This document shows, in pieces, positions 45,771-53,888 of a DNA stretch of 53,888 bases. The stretch comes from a virus (lineage: Duplodnaviria; Caudoviricetes). A program made the position numbers and the translations under genes. The stretch spans positions 1-53,888 of the IMG/VR virus record IMGVR_UViG_3300031578_000046; one strand, given 5' to 3'. Numbering within the stretch: position 1 is the stretch's first letter; the number at the start of each line of letters is the position of its first letter. The notes beneath the pieces are model-generated. The model ran no database searches, was not told the DNA's origin, and worked only from the letters and a program-made list of their open reading frames with translations.

Positions 45771-47147
45771 CTATACATATATAAGTGCATTCCAATCAGT
45801 ATCTACAGAATCAGAATATATTACAGCCGCCTTGTCACGTACTGCAAATGCTATTCTAACTTTTACAATAACAGTTTTTTGTCCTTCAGTGGCATCGGTT
45901 CCATTATAAAGAATCTCTAATGTCATTTCTTTACGTTTACCAATTATCAATTGTTTAGTATCGACAACTGCCATTGTGTCGGCTGTAATCCCGGTTGATT
46001 CAAAAATCCTTAATCCGTTTACAAAAACAGGTCTACCTATATTATCAAAAGACACTCTTCTATCACTAACTGAGTTATTTAATAGGTCTTTCAATTGACT
46101 GAGAATAGTCACTTCCTGGGGATTCATAATTATTGCATTCGGAATATATTTATTTGCCTTGCATTCATCCGCCATAATACCAATAAGATCAATAATATTT
46201 GCTCCAGGTATAGCTGCTGCATAAGCAGTACCAGAATAATCAGTATGCTTATTTGCCGTAAACAAACCAGCCAACGCCGTTGAATCATCTCCGGCAGTTC
46301 CTAAAATCTGACCATCAATATTGTCAAGAATTTTATCAGGAAATACAATTGCAATTTCATCTAATGCTTCAGGAAGATCATCTAATGTTTCATCAGATAA
46401 AGTACCATATGTTGAAATATAAAACGCTTTAAATTCAACGGTTTTAAGTAAGAAGCTTGATTGACTTGGTGCTGATCCTTCTGTTTTTGTACCAGCTCCA
46501 TCAGAATAACTATACGCAACCATCACAGACATATATGCTTTAGATATTCCTTTTGATGGCATCCATTCCATTACATGAGGATAAATTGTAAGAGGTATTC
46601 CAACTCTTGTAGGGTCAAGTTCAGTTAAGCGAACAGTAGCTACATTTGATTGGACAATATTACTCTCTAACATATCAACCGCTTTCATTGTGAAAACAGG
46701 AGAGGTGTTATTGCCTTTTTCGGTAAAATAATCTTTTAAAGATAGCCTGTGACCGTTATCGTCATTTTTTTCTGTAAGGACATCTTTCTTTTCCATTATT
46801 GCTTCTTCTAAGGCTTTCCTAAAAGTTCTTGGAGCTTTATTAGTATTGCCGTTTTCTTGCATTCCTTTTACAGCTAATCCAATTTCCTCAATTGATTTTT
46901 CAGCTTTTGCCTGTGCTTCAATCATTTTGGCTACTGAATCATTTAGTTTTTTCATGCCTTCGTTGTCAAGATTATCAGCAATTTGCTTATTAATCTCATC
47001 AACTTTTTTATTCAATTGCTTTTCTGTTATTGATTCTTTTTTCGAATCATCTAACATTTTTTGCACCTTACTTTCTATATCGGAAAGCAAAGCCGCTTTT
47101 TCTTGCTCGTCTTTTACTTTTTGAGCTTCAATCTCTTCTTTTGTCAT
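45771..47147 (-). CDS. Major capsid protein (HK97-like)
   Basis: N-terminal coiled-coil scaffold domain; SDETLDD, QILGTAG, AIIMNP; gene order. Confidence 0.85.
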   Translation of the reverse strand: MTKEEIEAQKVKDEQEKAALLSDIESKVQKMLDDSKKESITEKQLNKKVDEINKQIADNLDNEGMKKLNDSVAKMIEAQAKAEKSIEEIGLAVKGMQENGNTNKAPRTFRKALEEAIMEKKDVLTEKNDDNGHRLSLKDYFTEKGNNTSPVFTMKAVDMLESNIVQSNVATVRLTELDPTRVGIPLTIYPHVMEWMPSKGISKAYMSVMVAYSYSDGAGTKTEGSAPSQSSFLLKTVEFKAFYISTYGTLSDETLDDLPEALDEIAIVFPDKILDNIDGQILGTAGDDSTALAGLFTANKHTDYSGTAYAAAIPGANIIDLIGIMADECKANKYIPNAIIMNPQEVTILSQLKDLLNNSVSDRRVSFDNIGRPVFVNGLRIFESTGITADTMAVVDTKQLIIGKRKEMTLEILYNGTDATEGQKTVIVKVRIAFAVRDKAAVIYSDSVDTDWNALIYV

Positions 47148-48001
47148 TTTTTAAAATTTAAATTGTTTCTTAAAAATTCATATTTGCTTTGAGTGCTTTC
47201 ATTTAGCGGCTCTATTTTTTCTTGAGTGGATTGCTCCGGCTCATTATATAATTTTTGAGTGTCTTTTAAAGACGGCTCATAATTTTTTACCCATAAAGTA
47301 GGCGTTACGCTATTACTTCCGAATACAACTGCACTGCCCTCTCTCTTTTTAGCTTCGTAAACAACCCAGAAATAACCATATTCATCAGCTACATCTGGAT
47401 TAACAGCTTTCTTTTTCATTTCTTCAAAAAATGCCATTTGCTTTTCGCTTTGTTCATCATAATATGCCAAATCTATATTTACATAAATCATCCCTATAGA
47501 ATGTTGCTTCACATCACCATTTATATAAGTATCAAACATAAATGGCATTTTAGATTTTTCGAGTATAAATTCGTTTATATTTATTGTCGTTTTAAAATCA
47601 ATATCTAATCCTATTTTATTAAAATTTGTTTTTTCATTATAACTTTTTGCTTTACTTGATATTACATTTTCAAATTCAGCTTTATGTTGTTTTAAATGGT
47701 AAGAATAAGGATTATCACTAACCGTTTTATTCCATATTTCTGGCATGTGTAAATCTAAATGACTATCAATAATATTTGTTGAGTTTATTACAGATTTCAC
47801 ATGTATTATATCAGATGTTATATTCTCAATTACTGGTTCATATTCTTTTGTGGTTATATTATCAATAAGTGCTGATGAATTAGTTTTATATTCAGACATT
47901 TTGATTTGTCTCATTTCATCAAAATTATTTTTAATAAAACGTGTTTGATCCATTTTAGTCTCAAACTTTTTGTCTGGAAATTGTTTTATGATATAATTCA
48001 T
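47144..48001 (-). CDS. Prohead protease-like protein
   Basis: Between portal and capsid; DSHLDLH, QHSIGM, EGSAVVFGSN. Confidence 0.65.
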   Translation of the reverse strand: MNYIIKQFPDKKFETKMDQTRFIKNNFDEMRQIKMSEYKTNSSALIDNITTKEYEPVIENITSDIIHVKSVINSTNIIDSHLDLHMPEIWNKTVSDNPYSYHLKQHKAEFENVISSKAKSYNEKTNFNKIGLDIDFKTTININEFILEKSKMPFMFDTYINGDVKQHSIGMIYVNIDLAYYDEQSEKQMAFFEEMKKKAVNPDVADEYGYFWVVYEAKKREGSAVVFGSNSVTPTLWVKNYEPSLKDTQKLYNEPEQSTQEKIEPLNESTQSKYEFLRNNLNFKK

Positions 48002-48093
48002 AGCTTTATTTTTTAATTATTTTACCCTCATTTAAAGCTTTTTTCTTTTTCTTATCAAGCTTTTTAATTTTTTCAATTTCTTCTTTTGTCAAT

Positions 48094-49392
48094 TTAGTTT
48101 TCATTGTTATTTTCTTTTGATTTTAATCCTCGACCTGTTGGTTTTAAACCTTGGGATATTAAAACGTCATCTCCGGTAACTAACCCTTCGTTATATAAAG
48201 CCAACATCCTATTATTTTGCTTTGTTAATATATCTTCTTTGGTACTTAAATTTTCTTGTAATACTTCTATTTTACTATAATCAGGAACTATCCATTTATT
48301 ATTTTCAGCTAATCCGAAATCAATAGATTGCGTTTCTCTATAATCTTCAACCATCGGCTGAATTATAGAGTTATATAATTGCTTAAGCGTTTCAGCTCCA
48401 TTCCTTAACAAGGCAACTCGGTTATCCATTAATAAAGAAGGGGGAAAACCTCCTATTGCTTTACATATTGCCCTAAAATCTGCTTCGTTATTTTCATTTA
48501 TATTAAGGCTTCCAAAATCAGGTGATATATTCTGATAAGTCATATTATGATTCATAAATTTAAAAAGGCTTCCTCCTTTTTTTGCACCATAATTATATTT
48601 AAAATCATCTATTACTCTTTGCTTTTCTTTAGGGTCCAATATAGCACCATCAGGATCGTTATTAATAAACATGCCCCAAGCTCCACGATTTATATAAAAA
48701 TGATATTTAGTCTCATAACCTTCTTTGATTGTCTTTGTAGCCATGATAGCCGAGTAAGCCCTCGACTGCCCATAAGCATAGGCTCCATCATCAAAATTAA
48801 GTTGAGAATCTTTAAAATGACTTATATCTTTAGGGGCTATATTTTTAACGTTATTTATCCCATATTTAAGTTGGTAATATTTTATATAATTATCTCGAAA
48901 ATCCACATTAGGATCAACTTTATCATATAACATCTTATCAAAAATAATATTAACATACTTAACAGGTAATAAATAAAGGTGATTTGCAAACTTCATACTT
49001 CCAATGCCTCTATGCATGTTCGTATAATTATCGCCAAATAATAAATAATTTATAAATGTCGTTCGTAAAAAATTTGTTGAACTTTGATAAGGGTTTGGTT
49101 TATCCAATATCTTATCTATCTCAGGTAGTTTTATTGGTATTTCTTCACCTTTAGTATTATAACTTACTGTTTTATATGGTATTTTTGCAGCTAAATTAGC
49201 GCAATACTTAATTGGTGATGATAATTCCGGAACTGAATTAAACATATCAAGTAATACCGTATCGCTTTTTGTTATTGATGTTTGATTACTTAATAAATTT
49301 AATTGAGATGAATTTGGAGTCCAACTTATATTTCTTTCTTGAAATGATTTTGTGGTAATATTATCTATCTTATCAAATAATTTTATTTCCAT
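48094..49392 (-). CDS. Portal protein
   Basis: LDKPNPYQS, YLLFGDNY, ISHFKD, YGQSR, ICKAIGGFPPSLL. Confidence 0.88.
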   Translation of the reverse strand: MEIKLFDKIDNITTKSFQERNISWTPNSSQLNLLSNQTSITKSDTVLLDMFNSVPELSSPIKYCANLAAKIPYKTVSYNTKGEEIPIKLPEIDKILDKPNPYQSSTNFLRTTFINYLLFGDNYTNMHRGIGSMKFANHLYLLPVKYVNIIFDKMLYDKVDPNVDFRDNYIKYYQLKYGINNVKNIAPKDISHFKDSQLNFDDGAYAYGQSRAYSAIMATKTIKEGYETKYHFYINRGAWGMFINNDPDGAILDPKEKQRVIDDFKYNYGAKKGGSLFKFMNHNMTYQNISPDFGSLNINENNEADFRAICKAIGGFPPSLLMDNRVALLRNGAETLKQLYNSIIQPMVEDYRETQSIDFGLAENNKWIVPDYSKIEVLQENLSTKEDILTKQNNRMLALYNEGLVTGDDVLISQGLKPTGRGLKSKENNNEN

Positions 49393-49550
49393 TCTGTTAT
49401 TTTATTAGGTAAATAACAAAATATAGTAATAGTTAATAAGGTCCCAATGATTTGAAAACCTAAATAAACATCATACCAAATAGATATAAGTATAGCAGGA
49501 AGTATAAGGATAATAGATATATACGCAATAACCTCTAGTATTTTACGCAT
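49383..49550 (-). CDS. 55-aa two-TM protein (not in ORF track)
   Basis: MRKILEVIAYISIILILPAILISIW...; overlaps portal start. Confidence 0.45.
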   Translation of the reverse strand: MRKILEVIAYISIILILPAILISIWYDVYLGFQIIGTLLTITIFCYLPNKITEWK

Positions 49551-49744
49551 TTAATAATGCTTATTTTAATTTAGACTAAATAAATATAAGCAAAACTAAA
49601 ACAAAAAAAACGAAATAGCAAATTATTTCGTTAATTTATTTAGAATTGTTCTAAATAATTTTTGTCTTCTGTTTTTTTTTCATAGTATTATTTTATTTTT
49701 CTAAGTTTCATATTTAGTATTTTTACAGATTCATATTATTACCG

Positions 49745-50044
49745 TCATGGCAAATATTTACCCACTACACGTATTTGAGTTAAAGAGTATCCTTCTTCAT
49801 GTTTATTTGTTTTTACAAAAAAACCATAAGCCCCAGCCCATTCATGCGCCCCAGTTGGGAAATATGCGTCAAACTCGCCAAAACAGACAATTCCATATTC
49901 TGAATCATCCCAACTCGCAAATTCTCCCTTTACCTTGTCGCCTATCCTATATTTTATTCCATCTATTTCACAATAAATACTTGCCATAACAATAGATAAA
50001 ATCCATTGCTTAAATTGTGCTAATTTGTTACGTAAGTATTTCAT
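49745..50044 (-). CDS. Cassette gene, hypothetical
   Basis: Starts in attC loop (WILSIVMAS), TGA at crossover. Confidence 0.6.
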   Translation of the reverse strand: MKYLRNKLAQFKQWILSIVMASIYCEIDGIKYRIGDKVKGEFASWDDSEYGIVCFGEFDAYFPTGAHEWAGAYGFFVKTNKHEEGYSLTQIRVVGKYLP

Positions 50045-50110
50045 ATTAAGTTTATTTTGTATTTGAACATTTGTTTTCTAAATCGCAACGTATCTTATCT
50101 GAACCGCCAA

Positions 50111-50335
50111 TTAAGACGTACGGATAAACATTTCACACATTGTGCATCCGTATTGTGATTTTTTAAATATTGAGCATTTACGAAAATCGTTTTTCTCTTT
50201 GCAGTAATTTTCACTATCAACTACATTTGACAAATCCTCAATTCTATCACATTGCGATTTTAATCTTTCAGAAGTTCGGTTTTCCTCTTTGATACATCTT
50301 GCAATTAGGATAATTTCTTGTAATTCAGTTTTCAT
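50111..50335 (-). CDS. Cassette gene, Cys-rich
   Basis: Fills the cassette body; start taken at MKTELQ. Confidence 0.5.
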   Translation of the reverse strand: MKTELQEIILIARCIKEENRTSERLKSQCDRIEDLSNVVDSENYCKEKNDFRKCSIFKKSQYGCTMCEMFIRTS

Positions 50336-50662
50336 TTTGATTAAAATATTAACTGGCGGTAACACACAATAAAAAATATATGGGTGTTTGTGCCAAATTG
50401 TGCAGCTGTACCTTTAATTTGATTCAATGTATGCGGATAGGCTACTGCTTTAAATCCCATACATTTCTTATTGCCAACATTATACACAAGCGTAAGAAAG
50501 TTTCGTTCATTTAATCAACACCTGTGCAAACTTGCCATAATTATTTTTGCCCTCGCACATGTTCTACAAGTAAGTCCTGTATATAATTTTTAAGGTCTTT
50601 TTTTGCCTTTACTGCAAGTATTTGAAGCTTTTCAAGTACTTTGTTTTCTTCTGGTATATCTA

Positions 50663-50851
50663 TTAGTTTTCGCATTTCCACATTTTTTCAATTTCACTTC
50701 CAGTTAGCGCATGTGCTTTTCTATTTTCATAGTATTTATCACACAATTCTTGTTGCTCAAATTTTGCAAGGTCATAGTTCCACCACGCCATTGCACTTTG
50801 TCTATATTTGCTCATGTTATTAAAAATTATCCCATTCAGAAATACTTCCAC
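50663..50851 (-). CDS. Hypothetical protein (cassette cargo)
   Basis: AMAWWN...LTGSEIEKMW. Confidence 0.55.
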   Translation of the reverse strand: MEVFLNGIIFNNMSKYRQSAMAWWNYDLAKFEQQELCDKYYENRKAHALTGSEIEKMWKCEN

Positions 50852-51059
50852 TATTGTTTTTCAATCTCAATCTTAGGTTTACAATTCCTTTTATATCATA
50901 AGTGCTTCTTACGTACTTGATAGCCGATTCCATTTTGTGAAATCCTAAACCAAAAACCTCTAATCTATTCCAAATATCACTATGTCCTAGCGCATATTCA
51001 ACTTCAAAAATATCTTCCATAATCTTAGTATTAAATTTGTTTCTGTAAATATATAACAT
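50820..51059 (-). CDS. Hypothetical protein (cassette cargo)
   Basis: ORF; likely start MEDIFE. Confidence 0.5.
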   Translation of the reverse strand: MLYIYRNKFNTKIMEDIFEVEYALGHSDIWNRLEVFGLGFHKMESAIKYVRSTYDIKGIVNLRLRLKNNSGSISEWDNF

Positions 51060-51230
51060 ATATACGACATATACAAATAAAAATTATAGAAAATAACCCC
51101 TCCCTAAGAAAATAATTATTACTTTCGTGTTCCAAATGTAGGTAAGTGATTAAACGCCAGTGTATAACAACGCATAAAAATAAAAGCCTTTGGAAGCTTA
51201 TTATTTCAAATTAACGTTGTAGTGTCGGCT

Positions 51231-51557
51231 TCAATTCTTATGCAAACCGTTATGGGCATTAACCACTTGTCGTAATCTATCAAATTCTTTATTGTCAAAT
51301 AAATCATCGTCTGGATAAATTTCAAACTCATAAAGCTTTATTTGCTTATATTCTGGATACATATTTTCATACATCCAATTTTCAATCCAAGAGCTATTTT
51401 CAAATTCAGTTCTAATAGTATCTCCTTGGCATAAATTTATATAGCATAACAATTGCTGTTTATCTTCAAAATCTCCATAAAGCTTTTTGGTGTCAACAAC
51501 TTGTTTTTTTGTTTCGTTTATAAAGTACATTTGAATACTCATATCACACAATGCCAC
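51231..51557 (-). CDS. Cassette gene, hypothetical
   Basis: Fills the cassette and reads into the adjacent attC. Confidence 0.6.
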   Translation of the reverse strand: MALCDMSIQMYFINETKKQVVDTKKLYGDFEDKQQLLCYINLCQGDTIRTEFENSSWIENWMYENMYPEYKQIKLYEFEIYPDDDLFDNKEFDRLRQVVNAHNGLHKN

Positions 51558-51690
51558 ATAACAATTTGTAAAAATAATAGCCTGCTATGTGGTCTTTTTA
51601 GAGCTATTATCGATTATTAAACTATTGTATTTCAATCAATATTTCTGCGTATTTACGGCTACTATTCTTATACCAACGTTATATGCAAGG

Positions 51691-51942
51691 CTACACCCGT
51701 TTAAATTCATAAGTTATATCCTTGTTTTCGTGCTGCGTAAAAATTACGTCATACTGTGGCACAGCATCGCCCTCTTTTAGTTTATCAAACATTTTTGAAA
51801 CTCCATACATATACCAAGTATCATTTTCCCAATGCCTAAACTCTATATGCGTTGGGCGAAAATCTTTCATAAAAATACATAATCGTTCCCAATCATTTAC
51901 ATATAATTCATTGCTAATTTTTACTAATCCTTTATTCATCAT
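51691..51942 (-). CDS. Hypothetical protein
   Basis: ORF in last cassette of array 5. Confidence 0.6.
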   Translation of the reverse strand: MMNKGLVKISNELYVNDWERLCIFMKDFRPTHIEFRHWENDTWYMYGVSKMFDKLKEGDAVPQYDVIFTQHENKDITYEFKRV

Positions 51943-52007
51943 TCAATCTTTATCTATCAATAGTTTCGCCAGCGCTAAATTCAATTTCTCTGTAATTTGT
52001 TTTCATT

Positions 52008-52589
52008 TTATATTATTTTAAGTTTTACAAGTTCATTAAAACAACGCTCAGTAGCTATCACATCATTAGCAGCATTATGAGCCTCAAATGTTTCACTAAA
52101 TAGTTTAAAATATAGCTCTTCAAGTGTTGGAAACTTTGGTTTATTACTATTTTTTTGTTTAAGGCCGCAAAACTTAATAGTCTTCATCATTGTGTCTATT
52201 CGTTTATTTTTGTGTAGAGCAAAAATAAGACTATCAACATTACTATTATTATATAATCTTAAATAATTTGCCTTAATTATTGAAGTATCGAAATAAATGT
52301 TATGACCAATTATCTTATCAGCTATTAAACAATTTTTAATAAATTCTAAAAAAACTAATCCAAAATCAACACCCGTTTTATTAGCTATTTCATTTGTTAT
52401 ACCATGTATTTTAGTTGATTCAATTGGTATTTCGTAGCCTTCAGACTTAATAATATAATCATTTACATTAAGTTCATCTGATCTTTTCCAGGCAATCTGC
52501 ACTATATAAGGAAATTGCATGTAATCAGTTTTCCAATGCAATCCTTTAGGAACTAATCCGGTTGTTTCTATATCAAATGTTATATTCAT
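52008..52589 (-). CDS. DEDDh 3'-5' exonuclease (DnaQ-like)
   Basis: FDIETTG, IHGIT, GHNIYFD, AHNAANDV. Confidence 0.9.
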   Translation of the reverse strand: MNITFDIETTGLVPKGLHWKTDYMQFPYIVQIAWKRSDELNVNDYIIKSEGYEIPIESTKIHGITNEIANKTGVDFGLVFLEFIKNCLIADKIIGHNIYFDTSIIKANYLRLYNNSNVDSLIFALHKNKRIDTMMKTIKFCGLKQKNSNKPKFPTLEELYFKLFSETFEAHNAANDVIATERCFNELVKLKII

Positions 52590-52662
52590 TCTAATTATTT
52601 TAAAGTTTTTTTAATTGATCTTCTAAATATTCATTGTGAGTTTACTCCACTGTTATAAACAA

Positions 52663-52869
52663 TTAGCCCTCGCACCGCTCTTTCAAGCATACTTTTGAAG
52701 AACATCTTTTGAGGTACTTATTGCAGAAATAAACCTGCTTAACCTCCATGCTTTCTATTCCCTTAGTGTTAGGTCTAAATTCTACTTTTTCAGTTTCTTT
52801 CGTATTCATTAATTCCGCAGTTTTGTTCTGCAAACACTCGCTGAATTGTATTCTAAATGATTTTGCCAT
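52663..52869 (-). CDS. Cassette gene, hypothetical
   Basis: Fills the cassette body. Confidence 0.55.
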   Translation of the reverse strand: MAKSFRIQFSECLQNKTAELMNTKETEKVEFRPNTKGIESMEVKQVYFCNKYLKRCSSKVCLKERCEG

Positions 52870-52882
52870 CGCTAATAAAAGT

Positions 52883-53161
52883 TTATAACAATATGTATAT
52901 GTAATACAGCCAATTAAGTTTAGTTTTAAGTTGAAAATATGTGCAAGGCTGTACTACACATACATTCAACGGTGTACATAAGGTAATTGTGCAATCTGGG
53001 CAAGTCCCATTAGTCATTAAGATATGTTCGTTGCAAATTTCGCAAACCGCCACTTCGTTATTTCTAACAATAGATAAACGCAATATTTCGTTTTGCATTT
53101 TACCTTTTGTTAGTTCTCCTTTATTGTATCTGTCTACAATTTTTTGTATTTCTAATCTCAT
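52883..53161 (-). CDS. Cassette gene, possibly chimeric/read-through
   Basis: Starts in one attC loop and reads through the next attC. Confidence 0.45.
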   Translation of the reverse strand: MRLEIQKIVDRYNKGELTKGKMQNEILRLSIVRNNEVAVCEICNEHILMTNGTCPDCTITLCTPLNVCVVQPCTYFQLKTKLNWLYYIYILL

Positions 53162-53217
53162 AATACTGCGTTTATCATTAACATTAGCTAATTACTTTCA
53201 TAATATTTTAGTTTAAG

Positions 53218-53409
53218 TTATTTTTTTAATAATCTTATTTCATATCCAAGATAGTTGGCATATTTTACTAATAAATCATGTGGCATTTTTCTTTTTTTAG
53301 CTTCATATCGACTCATTGTATCATCATTAACTTCTAAATGTTTTGCTGCTATTTTTTGTTTTATTTTTTGCTGCTTTCTTAATTCTACTAAACTATCTAA
53401 TATATTCAT
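53218..53409 (-). CDS. XRE-family HTH protein
   Basis: LRKQQKIKQKIAAKHLEVNDDTMSRYE; TAAATTTG promoter element at 53439-53446. Confidence 0.8.
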   Translation of the reverse strand: MNILDSLVELRKQQKIKQKIAAKHLEVNDDTMSRYEAKKRKMPHDLLVKYANYLGYEIRLLKK

Positions 53410-53484
53410 TTTGTCAATTAGTTTTAGATAAACTAGTACAAATTTACAATTAAATAATTAGAATAACAAAACTTTATACACATT

Positions 53485-53888
53485 TTATCCCATTCCCTTT
53501 AGAACTGCAAAGAATCTATAAGAAAGTAAATCTACTAAATCAATATCCCGGCCTAAAGATTCAATTATCTGTTTACGTGAAATGATTTCAAGTTTATTAT
53601 TCTCTGAATATTTATTTTGCTTAACATGCTGTAATTCCTGTTTTAATTCATCATTAGGAAACTTACATTCAACAGATAAAGTACCGTTATTGATTGATTT
53701 AATGAAATAAAAATAAAGCTGATGTTTAAAATTTTTATAATTTTCTCTGCCTATTGGTTGTTTATCTGGTTTAATTCGTAAAGCTCCATAAAAATATTTA
53801 TTAAATTCACCGGTTGTATCGAAATAAACAACATCATTCATTGACTGTTTTAGCTTCATTACAGCAAGTGTTATCTTCTTTACATACT
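53485..53888 (-). CDS. 3' part of junction-spanning terminase C-terminal-like gene
   Basis: NFKHQLYFYF...ELKQEL...KLEIISRKQIIESLGRDIDLVDLLSYRFF. Confidence 0.7.
   Translation of the reverse strand, partial: YVKKITLAVMKLKQSMNDVVYFDTTGEFNKYFYGALRIKPDKQPIGRENYKNFKHQLYFYFIKSINNGTLSVECKFPNDELKQELQHVKQNKYSENNKLEIISRKQIIESLGRDIDLVDLLSYRFFAVLKGMG
53712..53888 (+). repeat. Terminal overlap, copy 2
   Basis: Matches 1-177 with one mismatch. Confidence 0.95.

Larger units (their letters stand above)
49744..51684 (+). mobile_element. Integron-like cassette array 5
   Basis: attC-like sites 49984-about 50105 (eroded), 50357-50485, 51162-51255, 51556-51684; no attI-like copy upstream. Confidence 0.75.
52652..53189 (+). 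mobile_element. Integron-like cassette array 6 (degenerate)
   Basis: GTTATAAAC 52652 pairs with GTTTATAAC 52881; attC-like sites 52883-52977 and 53062-53189. Confidence 0.65.
1..53888 (-). mobile_element. Complete circularly permuted tailed phage genome (siphovirus-like), probable Bacteroidota host
   Basis: Terminase, portal, HK97-like capsid, tape measure, lysis and DnaB modules; terminal overlap; one gene continuous across the junction. Confidence 0.93.

Noticed and set aside
52640-52650. GTTTACTCCAC before array 6 matching 3444-3454 in reverse
   Set aside because: Only 11 bp and two occurrences; cannot be distinguished from chance.
1-53888. Alternative genetic code (stop-codon reassignment)
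   Set aside because: Core genes are full length and tightly packed under the standard code; small ORFs are explained by cassette structure.
1-53888. tRNA or rRNA genes
   Set aside because: No cloverleaf or T-loop pattern recognised by eye; a tRNAscan-SE run would be needed to exclude them fully.

Overview
The window is a complete, circularly permuted, AT-rich tailed phage genome of about 53.7 kb. Positions 1-177 repeat at 53712-53888 with one mismatch. The host is probably Bacteroidota, judging from TAnnTTTG-type promoters, AT-rich leaders and FISUMP/DUF4373/DUF5675-like proteins. Nearly all genes are on the minus strand. Recognisable modules: terminase (TerS, TerL); replication and recombination (initiator, DnaB, DnaA-C-like HTH, PD-(D/E)XK nuclease, DEDDh exonuclease); lysis; tail; and an HK97-type head (portal, protease-like, capsid). 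The main unexplained structure is that the accessory genes sit in six arrays of integron-like gene cassettes. I counted 33 attC-like imperfect palindromes by eye, and in most cassettes the leading (G/A)TT end is the reverse complement of that cassette's own AAC end. Four arrays start at a conserved 34-bp attI-like site. No integrase is recognisable, and a 76-aa HTH-like gene (or its deleted remnant) sits where intI would be. Cassette genes run antisense to the apparent attC top strand. Many start inside the attC, and many stop on the TTA of the predicted crossover. Empty cassettes, identical cassette shells with different cargo, and a 10-bp direct repeat flanking cargo suggest a gene-capture route. 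All protein family calls come from motif recognition, not from database searches.
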